Shown: positions 9,984-19,355, counted from the stretch's first letter. The stretch: DNA of 64,000 bases from Gammaproteobacteria bacterium (GCA_029244925.1 JAQWQE010000047.1:1515-65514); one strand, 5' to 3'. Notes: generated by a model not told the origin, from the sequence alone. Program-made: numbers and translations.

Positions 9984-10532
9984 TTAATTTTCGATATTAA
10001 TATTAATATTTGAGCTAAATTTTAACTTATTATCTTTCAGTTGAGCGCTCAAACCATTAGCTTCTATCATATTATTATTAATCTCTATAATTACCTTTCT
10101 ATTAGTAGCAACTGTAAATGTATTAGGATTAATCTCAAGATAATCAGTTAAGATTTTTGAATTATTATTTTCAGTATTATTCTTGATCAGGACATTTCCA
10201 GAGAGTGTTAGTATATTCATATCAGAAATAATTTGACCTCTATCTGATGTAATAATCCAATTAACATCTTCATCAGTGTATGTAAGCTTTACTTGCTCAA
10301 GAAAGATTTGATTATTTAAGTCATTCGCTTTAGCTTTTTTTGAGAATATTTTATATGAAAAATCTCCATTTTTACTGCTACCCAATAGTTCTGCATTTTT
10401 TACTATAAATTCAACTTCTTTTGTTACTAGATTCTCTTCTTCAGTATTGTCATTGGGAGAGAATAAATAGAGCAATATAGAAACGGCCGCTAATACAGAT
10501 AAGATAATGAAGTTTAAGAGGAAATTTTTCAA
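9984..10532 (-). CDS. lptC: LptC-like LPS export protein (N-terminal membrane anchor plus OstA-like fold)
   Basis: 182 aa with a single N-terminal TM helix and a beta-rich remainder. Positioned between kdsD and lptB as in the canonical kdsD-kdsC-lptC-lptA-lptB operon. Confidence 0.6.
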   Translation of the reverse strand: MKNFLLNFIILSVLAAVSILLYLFSPNDNTEEENLVTKEVEFIVKNAELLGSSKNGDFSYKIFSKKAKANDLNNQIFLEQVKLTYTDEDVNWIITSDRGQIISDMNILTLSGNVLIKNNTENNNSKILTDYLEINPNTFTVATNRKVIIEINNNMIEANGLSAQLKDNKLKFSSNININIEN

Positions 10533-10545
10533 TTTTATACAATAA

Positions 10546-11526
10546 TTACATTAATCCAGCTCTGAATAAATCATGTATATTCAGGGCGCCAACTATTTTA
10601 TTTTTTTGTGCAACAATTAATGAGGTTATTTTCTTACCCTGTAAAATTTCTACAGCATTAGTAGCTAATTGATCGGGAGAAATTACAAACGGTTTTTTAC
10701 TCATAACTTGATGCATTAGTGTATTTTCTATGTCCACTTTTTTTTCTAACGTCCTTCTCAGGTCACCATCAGTAAAAATTCCAGTCAATTCATTTTTATC
10801 ATTAATGACAGCTGTCATACCTAATGCTTTTTGAGACATTTCTATTAACCCAGTAGATAGTTTATCGCTCTCACTAACATAAGGAATTTCATCTCCTATA
10901 TGCATAATATCTTTTACTAAAAGTAGTAGTTTTTTACCTAGAGTTCCTCCAGGATGAGATTTAGCAAAATCTTCTTCTGAGAAACCCTTTTTTTCCAATA
11001 GAGCTACTGCAATTGCATCACCCATTGCTAAAGCTGCTGTTGTGCTTGCTGTAGGAGCTAAATTCATAGGACATGCTTCTTCTTTAACTGAAACATTTAT
11101 ATGACTATCTGAGGCTTTTGCTAACTTAGATTCATTATTTCCAGTAAGTGAAATAATTGGGATCTTCATTTTTTTTAGGACTGGTAGAAGTTCTATTATT
11201 TCTTGAGATTCTCCAGAATTAGATAGAGCTATGATAATATCGTTTTGGTCTATCATTCCAAGATCACCGTGAAGTGCTTCACTGGGACTAACAAAAAATG
11301 AGGGGGTGCCAGTGCTTGCAAAGGTGGCTGCTATTTTATCTGCAATATGACCAGATTTACCCACCCCCATAACAATTATTTTGCCATTGCATTGAATGCA
11401 TGCATTGCATGCAGACTCAAAGTCTTCATCCAGATGGTTTTTAAGTTCACTTATTGCTTTGGATTCAATATCAAGAACTCTTTTCCCTGTATCTATAAAA
11501 TTAAATTTTTCTTTTTCTTCTTGCAA
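10546..11526 (-). CDS. kdsD: arabinose-5-phosphate isomerase KdsD (SIS domain plus CBS pair)
   Basis: 326 aa. SIS motif GVGKSGHIADKIAATFASTGTPSFF, and a C-terminal CBS pair ending ALNIHDLFRAG. Confidence 0.9.
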   Translation of the reverse strand: MQEEKEKFNFIDTGKRVLDIESKAISELKNHLDEDFESACNACIQCNGKIIVMGVGKSGHIADKIAATFASTGTPSFFVSPSEALHGDLGMIDQNDIIIALSNSGESQEIIELLPVLKKMKIPIISLTGNNESKLAKASDSHINVSVKEEACPMNLAPTASTTAALAMGDAIAVALLEKKGFSEEDFAKSHPGGTLGKKLLLLVKDIMHIGDEIPYVSESDKLSTGLIEMSQKALGMTAVINDKNELTGIFTDGDLRRTLEKKVDIENTLMHQVMSKKPFVISPDQLATNAVEILQGKKITSLIVAQKNKIVGALNIHDLFRAGLM

Positions 11527-11614
11527 AGTTTTAATAATTTGAATTGTTATCTCTATATAATTACTGTTTTAAATATATAGACAGTTTATCTTAAAATAAA
11601 ATTAAGGATATAAA

Positions 11615-11845
11615 ATGAATGTTGAAGAAATTAAGAATTTAATCCAAAAATCTATCATGGATGCTGAAGTTATTGTAAATAGCGATGATAATGTTCACTT
11701 TGAGGCCATTATAATTTCTGACCTATTTATAGCTAAGACTCTCATACAACGACATCAAATGATTTATCAAAGTTTAGGAAGTAAAATGGATTCTGAAATA
11801 CATGCTTTATCAATTAAAGCTTTGACCAAAGAAGAATGTAATTAA
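11615..11845 (+). CDS. ibaG: BolA-family protein IbaG (YrbA)
   Basis: 76 aa, BolA-like (HFEAIIISDLF...RHQMIY...IHALSIKALT). Immediately upstream of murA, as in E. coli. Confidence 0.7.
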   Translation: MNVEEIKNLIQKSIMDAEVIVNSDDNVHFEAIIISDLFIAKTLIQRHQMIYQSLGSKMDSEIHALSIKALTKEECN

Positions 11846-11881
11846 AATTGTTTTCCTAAAATTAATATTGGATAGGTTCTT

Positions 11882-13138
11882 TTGCAAAAATTAAAAATAA
11901 ACGGCGGTATATCCTTATCTGGTGAGATTGATATTTCTGGATCCAAGAATGCAGCACTACCAATAATAGCATCCAGTATATTGTCTTCAAGTTGTCTAAA
12001 AATTAGTAATATACCAAAATTACATGATGTTTCTACAATGATTGAGTTGTTGAAAACAATGGGTGCTTCTTATACAAATCAAGGTGATTATTGTTTAAAA
12101 ATAGAGGCAAATAATTTAAATAATCATATAGCTCCCTATCATCTAGTTAAAACAATGAGAGCATCAATATTAGTCCTTGGCCCTTTACTAGCTAGGTATG
12201 GAAAAGCCCGTGTCTCACTTCCGGGTGGTTGTGCTATTGGGGCTCGACCAGTAAATTTACACATAGATGGCTTAAGAAAGATGGGTGCTGATATACAAAT
12301 TAAAGAAGGGTATATAGATGCAAAAGTAAATAGACTTAAAGGAGCCAAAATCTTTTTGGATCCCATTACTGTAACAGGCACTGCTAATCTGATGATGGCT
12401 GCAACGTTAGCTGAAGGGAAAACAATTATAGAAAATGCAGCTATTGAACCAGAGATTGTAAATTTAGGAGAGTGTTTGCAATCTATGGGTGCAAAGATAG
12501 GTGGTTTAGGAACAAGAGTTATGTCAATTGAAGGAGTTGATTATCTTGGAGAAGCTGATCATGAGGTCATCCCAGACAGAATTGAGGCTGCTACTTTTTT
12601 AATTGCGGCATGTGTTACTAAAGGGTCTTTAAGAGTAAATAGAGTGCGCATAGATCATTTGGATTCAGTGATTGATTTACTGAAAAGAGCAGGTGCAACA
12701 ATCTCATTTGATGAAAATCACATTGATATAAGCTTAAAAGGGGCTATTAAGCCTATTGATTTTACAACTAACCCATACCCAGGTGTCCCAACTGATGTTC
12801 AGGCGCAATTTATGGTTTTAAATGTACTTGCAGAAGGAGATTCAAAAATAATAGAGACTATTTTTGAGAATAGGTTAATGCATGTTTTAGAATTGCAAAG
12901 AATGGGGGCTAGTATTAACCTCGACAAAAATACAGCTTATGTAAAAGGGGTAAGAAAGCTTAGTGCAGCACCTGTAATGGCAACTGATTTAAGAGCATCT
13001 GCTGCACTTGTATTGGCTGGCTTAGCTGCAAAAGGAGAAACAATTATTGATCGAATTTATCATATCGATAGGGGTTATGAAGAAATAGATCAAAAGTTAT
13101 TTCAATTAGGAGCAAAAGTTCTTAGATTAGACTCCTGA
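11882..13138 (+). CDS. murA: UDP-N-acetylglucosamine 1-carboxyvinyltransferase MurA
   Basis: 418 aa with a TTG start. ISGSKNAALPI, the catalytic Cys loop LPGGCAIGARPVNLH, and C-terminal IYHIDRGYE. Confidence 0.95.
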   Translation: MQKLKINGGISLSGEIDISGSKNAALPIIASSILSSSCLKISNIPKLHDVSTMIELLKTMGASYTNQGDYCLKIEANNLNNHIAPYHLVKTMRASILVLGPLLARYGKARVSLPGGCAIGARPVNLHIDGLRKMGADIQIKEGYIDAKVNRLKGAKIFLDPITVTGTANLMMAATLAEGKTIIENAAIEPEIVNLGECLQSMGAKIGGLGTRVMSIEGVDYLGEADHEVIPDRIEAATFLIAACVTKGSLRVNRVRIDHLDSVIDLLKRAGATISFDENHIDISLKGAIKPIDFTTNPYPGVPTDVQAQFMVLNVLAEGDSKIIETIFENRLMHVLELQRMGASINLDKNTAYVKGVRKLSAAPVMATDLRASAALVLAGLAAKGETIIDRIYHIDRGYEEIDQKLFQLGAKVLRLDS

Positions 13139-13213
13139 TTAATTATATATTCATGTATAATCGCGACGACAATTTATTGGGGTGAAGATGCGCTTATTGA
13201 GTATTAAGAGGGG

Positions 13214-13804
13214 TTGATGAGTAAATTAGGTAGAAGAAAGTTTTTATCAATAGCTACTAGTGTTACTGGTGCTGTTGGTGGAATATTTGCTCTTACACCA
13301 TTTATATCATCCTTCCAGCCTAGCAAGAGAGCAAAAGCACTAGGAGCTGCAATAAAAATCAATATAGAGAAAATTGAACCTGGGTCCATTGTTAAAGTTA
13401 TATGGAAAGGTATGCCAGTATGGATATTACATCGTTCTGAAAAAATGCTTGATAAGATTGACTCCTCTATTGATGAATTGAGAGATCCTAATTCAGAATT
13501 ATCAGTTCAACCTAACTTTGCAAAAAATACTTTTAGATCTATTAAGCCAGAATATTTAGTCGTTGAAGGTGTGTGCACTCACCTTGGATGTGCACCTATT
13601 GAAAAATTTGCAATTGCACCTGCTGATATGGGGCCTGACTGGAAGGGTGGTTTTTTCTGTCCTTGCCATGGATCAAAGTTTGACCTCTCAGGAAGAGTAT
13701 TTGCTGGCGTTCCAGCACCATCAAATTTAAGAATACCACCTCATCGATATGAGAATGAGACAACTCTTATAATTGGTGAGAATGAAGAGGAAGAAAATGC
13801 CTAG
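13214..13804 (+). CDS. petA: ubiquinol-cytochrome c reductase Rieske iron-sulfur subunit
   Basis: 196 aa. Tat-like RRKFL leader; Rieske boxes CTHLGC and CPCHGS. Confidence 0.9.
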   Translation: MMSKLGRRKFLSIATSVTGAVGGIFALTPFISSFQPSKRAKALGAAIKINIEKIEPGSIVKVIWKGMPVWILHRSEKMLDKIDSSIDELRDPNSELSVQPNFAKNTFRSIKPEYLVVEGVCTHLGCAPIEKFAIAPADMGPDWKGGFFCPCHGSKFDLSGRVFAGVPAPSNLRIPPHRYENETTLIIGENEEEENA

Positions 13805-15047
13805 CGATAATAAGCAAGAAGTATACTTCTCTAATCCTATGCTTAAATGGGTTGATGAAAGGTTTCCTCTTTCTAAAGTCTTAAGAGAACATGCTACAGA
13901 GTATTATGCGTCAAAGAACTTTAATATTTGGTATATTTTTGGAGTCTTATCTACTGTAGTTCTAGTTTTGATGTTGCTAACTGGGATATTTCTAACTATG
14001 AATTATAAGCCATCTGCAGCTGAGGCTTTTAATTCTGTTGAGTATATTATGCGTTCAGTTGAATATGGATGGCTTATGAGATATATGCATTCAACTGGAG
14101 CTTCTTTTTTCTTTATAGTTTTATATCTGCATATGTTCAGAGGAATGCTTTATGGCTCTTATAAAAATCCTAGAGAGTTGATTTGGTTGCTAGGTATGAT
14201 GCTCTATTTTTGCTTAATGGCTGAAGCTTTTCTGGGATATATTTTACCGTGGGGAAATATGTCCTACTGGGCAGCTCAAGTCATTGTTAATTTATTTGGA
14301 ACCATTCCTTTCATAGGCGATACTTTAGTTGAATGGATTAGAGGTGATTATTATATTTCAGATATTACTCTAAATCGTTTCTTTGCCTTGCATGTTATAG
14401 CAGTGCCTTTAGCAATTCTTGGTTTAGTTTTTGCACATATTGTGGCACTTCATCATATTGGATCAAACAACCCTGATGGCATTGAAATTAAAGACAATAA
14501 AGATGCACAAGGTAAACCCATTGATGGAGTTGCTTTTCATCCATTTCATACAAGTAAAGATTTAGTTTGGATTACGATTTTCTTAATACTTTACTTTGGG
14601 GCGGTATTCTTTGCACCAGAGATGGGTGGTTTATTCTTAGAGGTTGATAATTTTGAACCCGCAAACCCATTAAAAACTCCTGAGCATATTGTTCCTTCTT
14701 GGTACTTTACACCTTACTATGCGATCTTAAGATCCATCCCTGATTCATTACTTGGTTTTATAGCTCTAGTTTCAGCGGTTCTTTGTTTTGTTTTTCTACC
14801 GTGGTTGGATAAGTGTAAAGTTAAATCCATAAGGTATAGAGGTTGGCAGTACAAAGTAGCACTAGCTATTTTTGTTATTTCATTTGTATCACTTGGATAT
14901 TTAGGCATGCAACCTTCCTCAGGTATTTATTTGATCTTAGCCAGATTATTTACAGTGGTTTATTTTTCTTTTTTTCTATTGATGCCTTTTTACACACGTT
15001 TAGAAAAAACAAAGCCTGTGCCAGATCGAGTAGTGTATAAAAAATGA
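13797..15047 (+). CDS. petB: cytochrome b of the bc1 complex
   Basis: Multi-TM cytochrome b sequence (RYMHSTGASFFF, WGNMSYWAAQVI). I prefer the ATG at 13797, which overlaps the petA stop, over the track start at 13773. Confidence 0.9.
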   Translation: MPSDNKQEVYFSNPMLKWVDERFPLSKVLREHATEYYASKNFNIWYIFGVLSTVVLVLMLLTGIFLTMNYKPSAAEAFNSVEYIMRSVEYGWLMRYMHSTGASFFFIVLYLHMFRGMLYGSYKNPRELIWLLGMMLYFCLMAEAFLGYILPWGNMSYWAAQVIVNLFGTIPFIGDTLVEWIRGDYYISDITLNRFFALHVIAVPLAILGLVFAHIVALHHIGSNNPDGIEIKDNKDAQGKPIDGVAFHPFHTSKDLVWITIFLILYFGAVFFAPEMGGLFLEVDNFEPANPLKTPEHIVPSWYFTPYYAILRSIPDSLLGFIALVSAVLCFVFLPWLDKCKVKSIRYRGWQYKVALAIFVISFVSLGYLGMQPSSGIYLILARLFTVVYFSFFLLMPFYTRLEKTKPVPDRVVYKK

Positions 15048-15718
15048 AGATTTTTAATAAAGTAATACTGTTGTCTTTTTTTCTATCACTATTTAGCGTT
15101 GTTTATTCTGCCTCTTCTGTCGAGAAAAAATCTAATGATTATTTGCCAGCCTTAAATGATATTACTGATTCAAAATCTTTACAAAGAGGAGCTAGAAACT
15201 TCTTTAATTATTGTGCTGGGTGCCATTCACTAAAATATGTCAGATATAATCAAATGGCTAAAGATATTGGCATCTCTGAAGAGCAATTAAATAGCTACTT
15301 AATATTTACAGGGGCAGCCCCTCAAGATGTTATCTCTATGAATATGCTTGAAGAAGATGGCAATCGATGGTTTGGCAAAGCCCCTCCTGATTTATCCATG
15401 ATCACAAGAGTGAATTCAAATACTTATGTCTATAACTTTCTTAGGTCTTTTTATCCTGATAAGGACTCTCCTACGGGTGTAAATAATAAAGTAAAAGATG
15501 GAACAAGTATGCCTAATATATTATGGGTACTTCAAGATGAAATGGATAAGAAAGAATTTGATTCGTTCGTTCTTGATATTGTAAATTTCCTTGATTATGC
15601 AGGCGAACCAATCAAAGCAAAGAGGAAATCTTTAGGCATATGGGTGATATCTTTTTTATTCATTTTTCTAATTCTTAGTTTTGCATTGTATAAAGATATT
15701 TGGAAAGAAGTTAAATAG
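15044..15718 (+). CDS. petC: cytochrome c1
   Basis: 224 aa with a signal peptide, heme motif CAGCHS and a C-terminal TM anchor. ATGA start/stop overlap with petB. Confidence 0.8.
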   Translation: MKIFNKVILLSFFLSLFSVVYSASSVEKKSNDYLPALNDITDSKSLQRGARNFFNYCAGCHSLKYVRYNQMAKDIGISEEQLNSYLIFTGAAPQDVISMNMLEEDGNRWFGKAPPDLSMITRVNSNTYVYNFLRSFYPDKDSPTGVNNKVKDGTSMPNILWVLQDEMDKKEFDSFVLDIVNFLDYAGEPIKAKRKSLGIWVISFLFIFLILSFALYKDIWKEVK

Positions 15719-15750
15719 TTTATTATTGAAATGATTTTAAGAGGTTAAGT

Positions 15751-16380
15751 ATGACAAATGTCTCAAATAGAAGATCTATGATGGGTTTATATTCAGGTAA
15801 TACCTGTATTCGTTCGCATCAAGTAAGATTTGTTTTATCGGAAAAAGGAATATTGACTGAAATCAATAATATTGATGGATCAAAAGTTCCTGAGGATTTA
15901 ATAGCATTGAATCCCTTCGCTACATTACCAACATTAATCGATCGAGAATTAGTGTTGTATGATTCAACGGTAATTATTGAATATCTAGATGAAAGATATC
16001 CCCATCCTCCTTTAATGCCTGTCAGCCCTGTAGAAAGAGCAAAAATTAGATTGGCCCTTGCTTCACTTGAAAAAGAAATTGTTGGGCCTGCTATTCAGTT
16101 AGATCTCGCTATTGGAACAAGGAATGAAAATGCAGAAAGAAAGAAATTGAAGTCAATACTAAATTCATCAGCAGATATGTTTGATGCTAATAAATATTTT
16201 CTTAGTGATGATTTTACAATAGTAGATTGTGTTTTAGCCCCCATCCTATGGAGGTTAGATTATTTTGCAATATCATTATCTAACGATCATAAAAGTATAA
16301 TGGAGTATTCTGAAAGAGTATTTTTAAGAGATACATTTAAAGAAAGCTTGAGTGAAGATGAAGAGGAAATGCAACTATAA
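15751..16380 (+). CDS. sspA: stringent starvation protein A (GST-like)
   Basis: 209 aa GST fold (TLPTLIDRELVLYDSTVIIEYLDERYPHPPLMP). Sits after the petABC genes, as in many gammaproteobacteria. Confidence 0.85.
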   Translation: MTNVSNRRSMMGLYSGNTCIRSHQVRFVLSEKGILTEINNIDGSKVPEDLIALNPFATLPTLIDRELVLYDSTVIIEYLDERYPHPPLMPVSPVERAKIRLALASLEKEIVGPAIQLDLAIGTRNENAERKKLKSILNSSADMFDANKYFLSDDFTIVDCVLAPILWRLDYFAISLSNDHKSIMEYSERVFLRDTFKESLSEDEEEMQL

Positions 16381-16408
16381 TTATTTTTTATTTCGTTGAG
16401 ATATCTTA

Positions 16409-17242
16409 ATGGCAGGAGAATTATTTATAGTTTCAACTCCCATTGGTAACCTGAATGATATTACATTGAGAGCAATACAAACCATTAAAGATGTAGACTT
16501 TATTCTTGCTGAAGACACAAGAGTTGCTAGAAAATTATTAAACCATCTTGGGATCAAAGCAAATCTTCAATCACTTAATGAACACAATGAGTTGAAAAAA
16601 ATTCCTAGCGTCTTAAGTCATTTATTAAAAGGCAAGAATATTGCACTTATCTCTGATGCAGGTACACCCTTGATAAGTGATCCAGGATTTAAGTTAGTTA
16701 AAAGAGCCAAAAAAGAATCGTTGAGAGTAGTACCTATACCCGGTTGTTCAGCTGCTATTGCAGCCTTGTCAGCTTCAGGTATACCAACAGATAGATTTTA
16801 TTTTTATGGATTTTTACCAAAGACTAAAAACAAACGTGTTGATGCTCTCAAAAAATTAGCCACTAAAGAAGAGTCAATTATTTTATATGAATCAGTTCAT
16901 CGATTAAGTTCCTCAATTGAAGACATCATCAAAGTATTTGGTAAAAGCCATATTGCAGTTTTATGTAAAGAAATAACAAAACTACATGAGGAGTTTATCG
17001 GGAATGATCTCGAGGAGATTAGATTATTTTTAATGGATAATCCATCTAAAATAAAGGGCGAGTTTACCCTGATTTTGAATGGTAAAGAATCTTCTGAAGA
17101 ACCCAATACTGAAAAGATTGACAGTATACTTAATGAGTTATTGCCTATTGTTTCAGTTAAAGTTGCAGTAAGGATATGTTCTATATCCACAGGCTTTAAT
17201 AAAAATAAAATCTATAAACGAGCTATAGAGTTAAAACCTTGA
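16409..17242 (+). CDS. rsmI: 16S rRNA (cytidine1402-2'-O)-methyltransferase RsmI
   Basis: 277 aa. The N-terminal LFIVSTPIGNLNDITLRA...AEDTR and ISDAGTPLISDPG motifs mark the tetrapyrrole-methylase-like RsmI family. Confidence 0.9.
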   Translation: MAGELFIVSTPIGNLNDITLRAIQTIKDVDFILAEDTRVARKLLNHLGIKANLQSLNEHNELKKIPSVLSHLLKGKNIALISDAGTPLISDPGFKLVKRAKKESLRVVPIPGCSAAIAALSASGIPTDRFYFYGFLPKTKNKRVDALKKLATKEESIILYESVHRLSSSIEDIIKVFGKSHIAVLCKEITKLHEEFIGNDLEEIRLFLMDNPSKIKGEFTLILNGKESSEEPNTEKIDSILNELLPIVSVKVAVRICSISTGFNKNKIYKRAIELKP

Positions 17243-17281
17243 AACTTGTATTTTGTTTATGAGTATTGAATAATCGCACAT

Positions 17282-17614
17282 GGAGTTGACTAGGCAATCG
17301 CCCAATTCTTATTGGGAGGAAAGTCCGGGCTCTAACGGGTACGATGCCAGGTAATACCTGGAAGGCGTGAGCCTATGGAAAGTGCATCAGAAAATAAACC
17401 GCTTTAATTTAGCAAGGGTGAAAAGGTGCGGTAAGAGCGCACCGCATAAATGGTAACATTTATGGCATTGCAAACCCCATCGAGAGCAAGACCAAATATA
17501 GGAGTAATGATTTCCCGTGATCACTCCAGGGTAGGTTGCTAGAGGTACTTGGTGACAAGTATCCTAGATGAATGATTGTCCAAGACAGAACCCGGCTTAT
17601 CGGTTAACTCCATA
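17282..17614 (+). ncRNA. rnpB: RNase P RNA, bacterial type A
   Basis: Universal elements read directly: GGAGGAAAGTCCGGGCTC, AGGGTGAAAAGGTGCGGTAAGAGCGCACCG and ACAGAACCCGGCTTATCGG. The 5' GGAGTTGAC pairs with the 3' GGTTAACTCC to form P1. The ends are approximate. Confidence 0.93.
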
Positions 17615-17639
17615 TTCCTTCAATCAATGTCTTTTTTAA

Positions 17640-17667
17640 TTGACATCATAAACTAATGACATATAGT
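17640..17667 (+). promoter_or_regulatory. near-consensus sigma70 promoter (TTGACA-N16-TATAGT), candidate Pmra of the dcw cluster
   Basis: TTGACA at 17640-17645 and TATAGT at 17662-17667, about 55 nt upstream of the mraZ ATG. Confidence 0.6.
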
Positions 17668-17690
17668 GTTATTTAGTGGTAAAAAGTGGG
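17665..17690 (+). promoter_or_regulatory. three direct AGTG(T/G)(T/G) repeats at exact 10-bp phasing; candidate MraZ operator
   Basis: AGTGTT at 17665-70, AGTGGT at 17675-80 and AGTGGG at 17685-90. They overlap or follow the -10 box. E. coli MraZ boxes are TGGGN with 5-nt spacers, which is the same phasing. Confidence 0.6.
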
Positions 17691-17720
17691 ATATATATCT
17701 TGATCCTATTAATAAATATG

Positions 17721-18167
17721 ATGTTTCGTGGCTTAAATAAAATAAATCTTGATTCCAAGGGTAGAATTTCTATCCCTTCAAACTATAAGGCGATCTTAAC
17801 TAAGAGAGCAATAAAAAAATTAATTTGTACTATTGATCTAGATAATTGTCTACTACTTTACCCATATAAGAACTGGGAAAAAATTGAAAAGAATATTATG
17901 GAATTGCCTTCTTTAGATAGGAACTCTAGAAATCTGCAAAGACTTCTAATAGGGCATGCAGCAGAAATAGAAATTGACTCTAATTCAAGAGTGTTGATCC
18001 CTAGAGAATTAAGAGACTTTGCTGCTTTAGAGAAAGAAGTTATGTTTGTGGGTCAGGGCAATAAGTTTGAGTTATGGAATTATAAGAAATGGTGTTCATT
18101 GCGAGATGAATGGCTAACTACAAAAGAAATTAAATTGCCTGATGCATTTAATGATTTATCAATTTAG
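17721..18167 (+). CDS. mraZ: transcriptional regulator MraZ
   Basis: The canonical N-terminus MFRGLNKINLDSKGRISIP begins at the ATG at 17721, and a second DxxxR-type repeat (IDSNSRVLIP) is present. The track start at 17676 lies inside the operator repeats. Confidence 0.9.
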   Translation: MFRGLNKINLDSKGRISIPSNYKAILTKRAIKKLICTIDLDNCLLLYPYKNWEKIEKNIMELPSLDRNSRNLQRLLIGHAAEIEIDSNSRVLIPRELRDFAALEKEVMFVGQGNKFELWNYKKWCSLRDEWLTTKEIKLPDAFNDLSI

Positions 18168-18186
18168 AATTTAGCGGAGAGTATAA

Positions 18187-19320
18187 ATGAGTGAATTTGC
18201 CTTTGAATTAATGGATACAGAAAGCCAAAAGGCGAATATAAAAGTCATTGGGGTTGGTGGAAGTGGAGGAAATGCAGTATCTCATATGGTTAATCATGGA
18301 ATCCAAGGAGTAGATTTTCTCTGTGCAAATACAGATGCTCAAGATTTAAGCAAATCTAATGTTCAAACAAAAATACAAATTGGAATAGAGACAACAAAGG
18401 GGTTGGGAGCTGGAATGGATCCTAGCGTTGGAAGGATATCAGCTGAAGAAAGCAGAAAAGATATTAAAAATGCTATTCAGGGCGCTGATATGCTTTTCAT
18501 TACTGCAGGTTTTGGTGGAGGCACTGGAACAGGAGCAAGCCCTGTTATTGCTAAAATTGCTAAAGAAATGAATATTTTGACCGTGGCAGTTGTAACGAGG
18601 CCTTTTTATTTCGAAGGAGTTTTAAGATCTGAGTATGCAGAAAGCGGTATAGAAGAGTTGGAGAAAAATGTAGATTCTTTAATTATTGTTCCAAATGATA
18701 AATTACAAGAACTAGGAAAAACTATAAGCATGATTAATGCTTTTGAAGCAGCAGATGATATCTTATTGAATTCAGTTCAAGGGATAGTTGAGCTGATTAC
18801 TGTTCCAGGTAAAATTAATTTGGACTTTGCTGACGTCAGAGCTGTAATGCTCAATAAAGGTAGAGGGATAATGGGATCTGCAATTGCAAAAGGTCCCGAT
18901 AGAGCTAAAAAAGCCATAGAGGAAGCAGTTAATAGCCCTTTACTTGAAGATGCTAATTTAGAGGGAGCTGAAGGCATACTATTAAATGTTACTTTTGGAG
19001 ATGATCTTGCAATTTCAGAATTTAATGAAATTGGCAATATTGTGAGAAGTTATGCATCGGATGAAGCAAAAGTTATAGTTGGAACCTCTGTTGATGAATC
19101 CATGTCAGATTCCATTAGGGTTACTATCGTTGCTACTGGGTTAGGCGAAAGGTTAGAGAATCAAGAAACAAATTTTAGAAATTATGATAATCCTATAACC
19201 CAAAGAAGACCATTAATCGAGACACAAGATTTATTTCAGGATCAAGAAGTGAGTCCAATTCATGATGTAGAGTCAGAAATATTGGATGTGCCAAACTATC
19301 TAAAAAGACAGGATGGGTAA
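18187..19320 (+). CDS. ftsZ: cell division protein FtsZ, in a non-canonical position
   Basis: 377 aa. [12 protein letters not shown], tubulin signature [18 protein letters not shown], and C-terminal peptide DVPNYLKRQ. Near-collinear by eye with E. coli FtsZ. Confidence 0.95.
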   Translation: MSEFAFELMDTESQKANIKVIGVGGSGGNAVSHMVNHGIQGVDFLCANTDAQDLSKSNVQTKIQIGIETTKGLGAGMDPSVGRISAEESRKDIKNAIQGADMLFITAGFGGGTGTGASPVIAKIAKEMNILTVAVVTRPFYFEGVLRSEYAESGIEELEKNVDSLIIVPNDKLQELGKTISMINAFEAADDILLNSVQGIVELITVPGKINLDFADVRAVMLNKGRGIMGSAIAKGPDRAKKAIEEAVNSPLLEDANLEGAEGILLNVTFGDDLAISEFNEIGNIVRSYASDEAKVIVGTSVDESMSDSIRVTIVATGLGERLENQETNFRNYDNPITQRRPLIETQDLFQDQEVSPIHDVESEILDVPNYLKRQDG

Positions 19321-19355
19321 TTTATTTTATAAAATTTAATTCTTGATCATTATCA

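Noticed and set aside
13150-13165. TGTATAAT as an extended -10 promoter for petABC
   Set aside because: The TG directly abuts the hexamer (not TGnTATAAT) and there is no convincing -35 box. This is plausible but not supportable from sequence alone.
13773-13796. An upstream start for cytochrome b, 32 nt inside petA
   Set aside because: The ATG at 17797 equivalent in this gene, 13797, gives the usual short overlap with the petA stop and a typical cytochrome b N-terminus. The basic MVRMKRKK extension looks like read-through of the petA 3' end.
17676-17720. The ORF-track GTG start at 17676, which would give a 163-aa MraZ
   Set aside because: MraZ proteins begin MFRG..., which matches the ATG at 17721. 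The GTG at 17676 is the second of the three phased GTG boxes of the putative operator.
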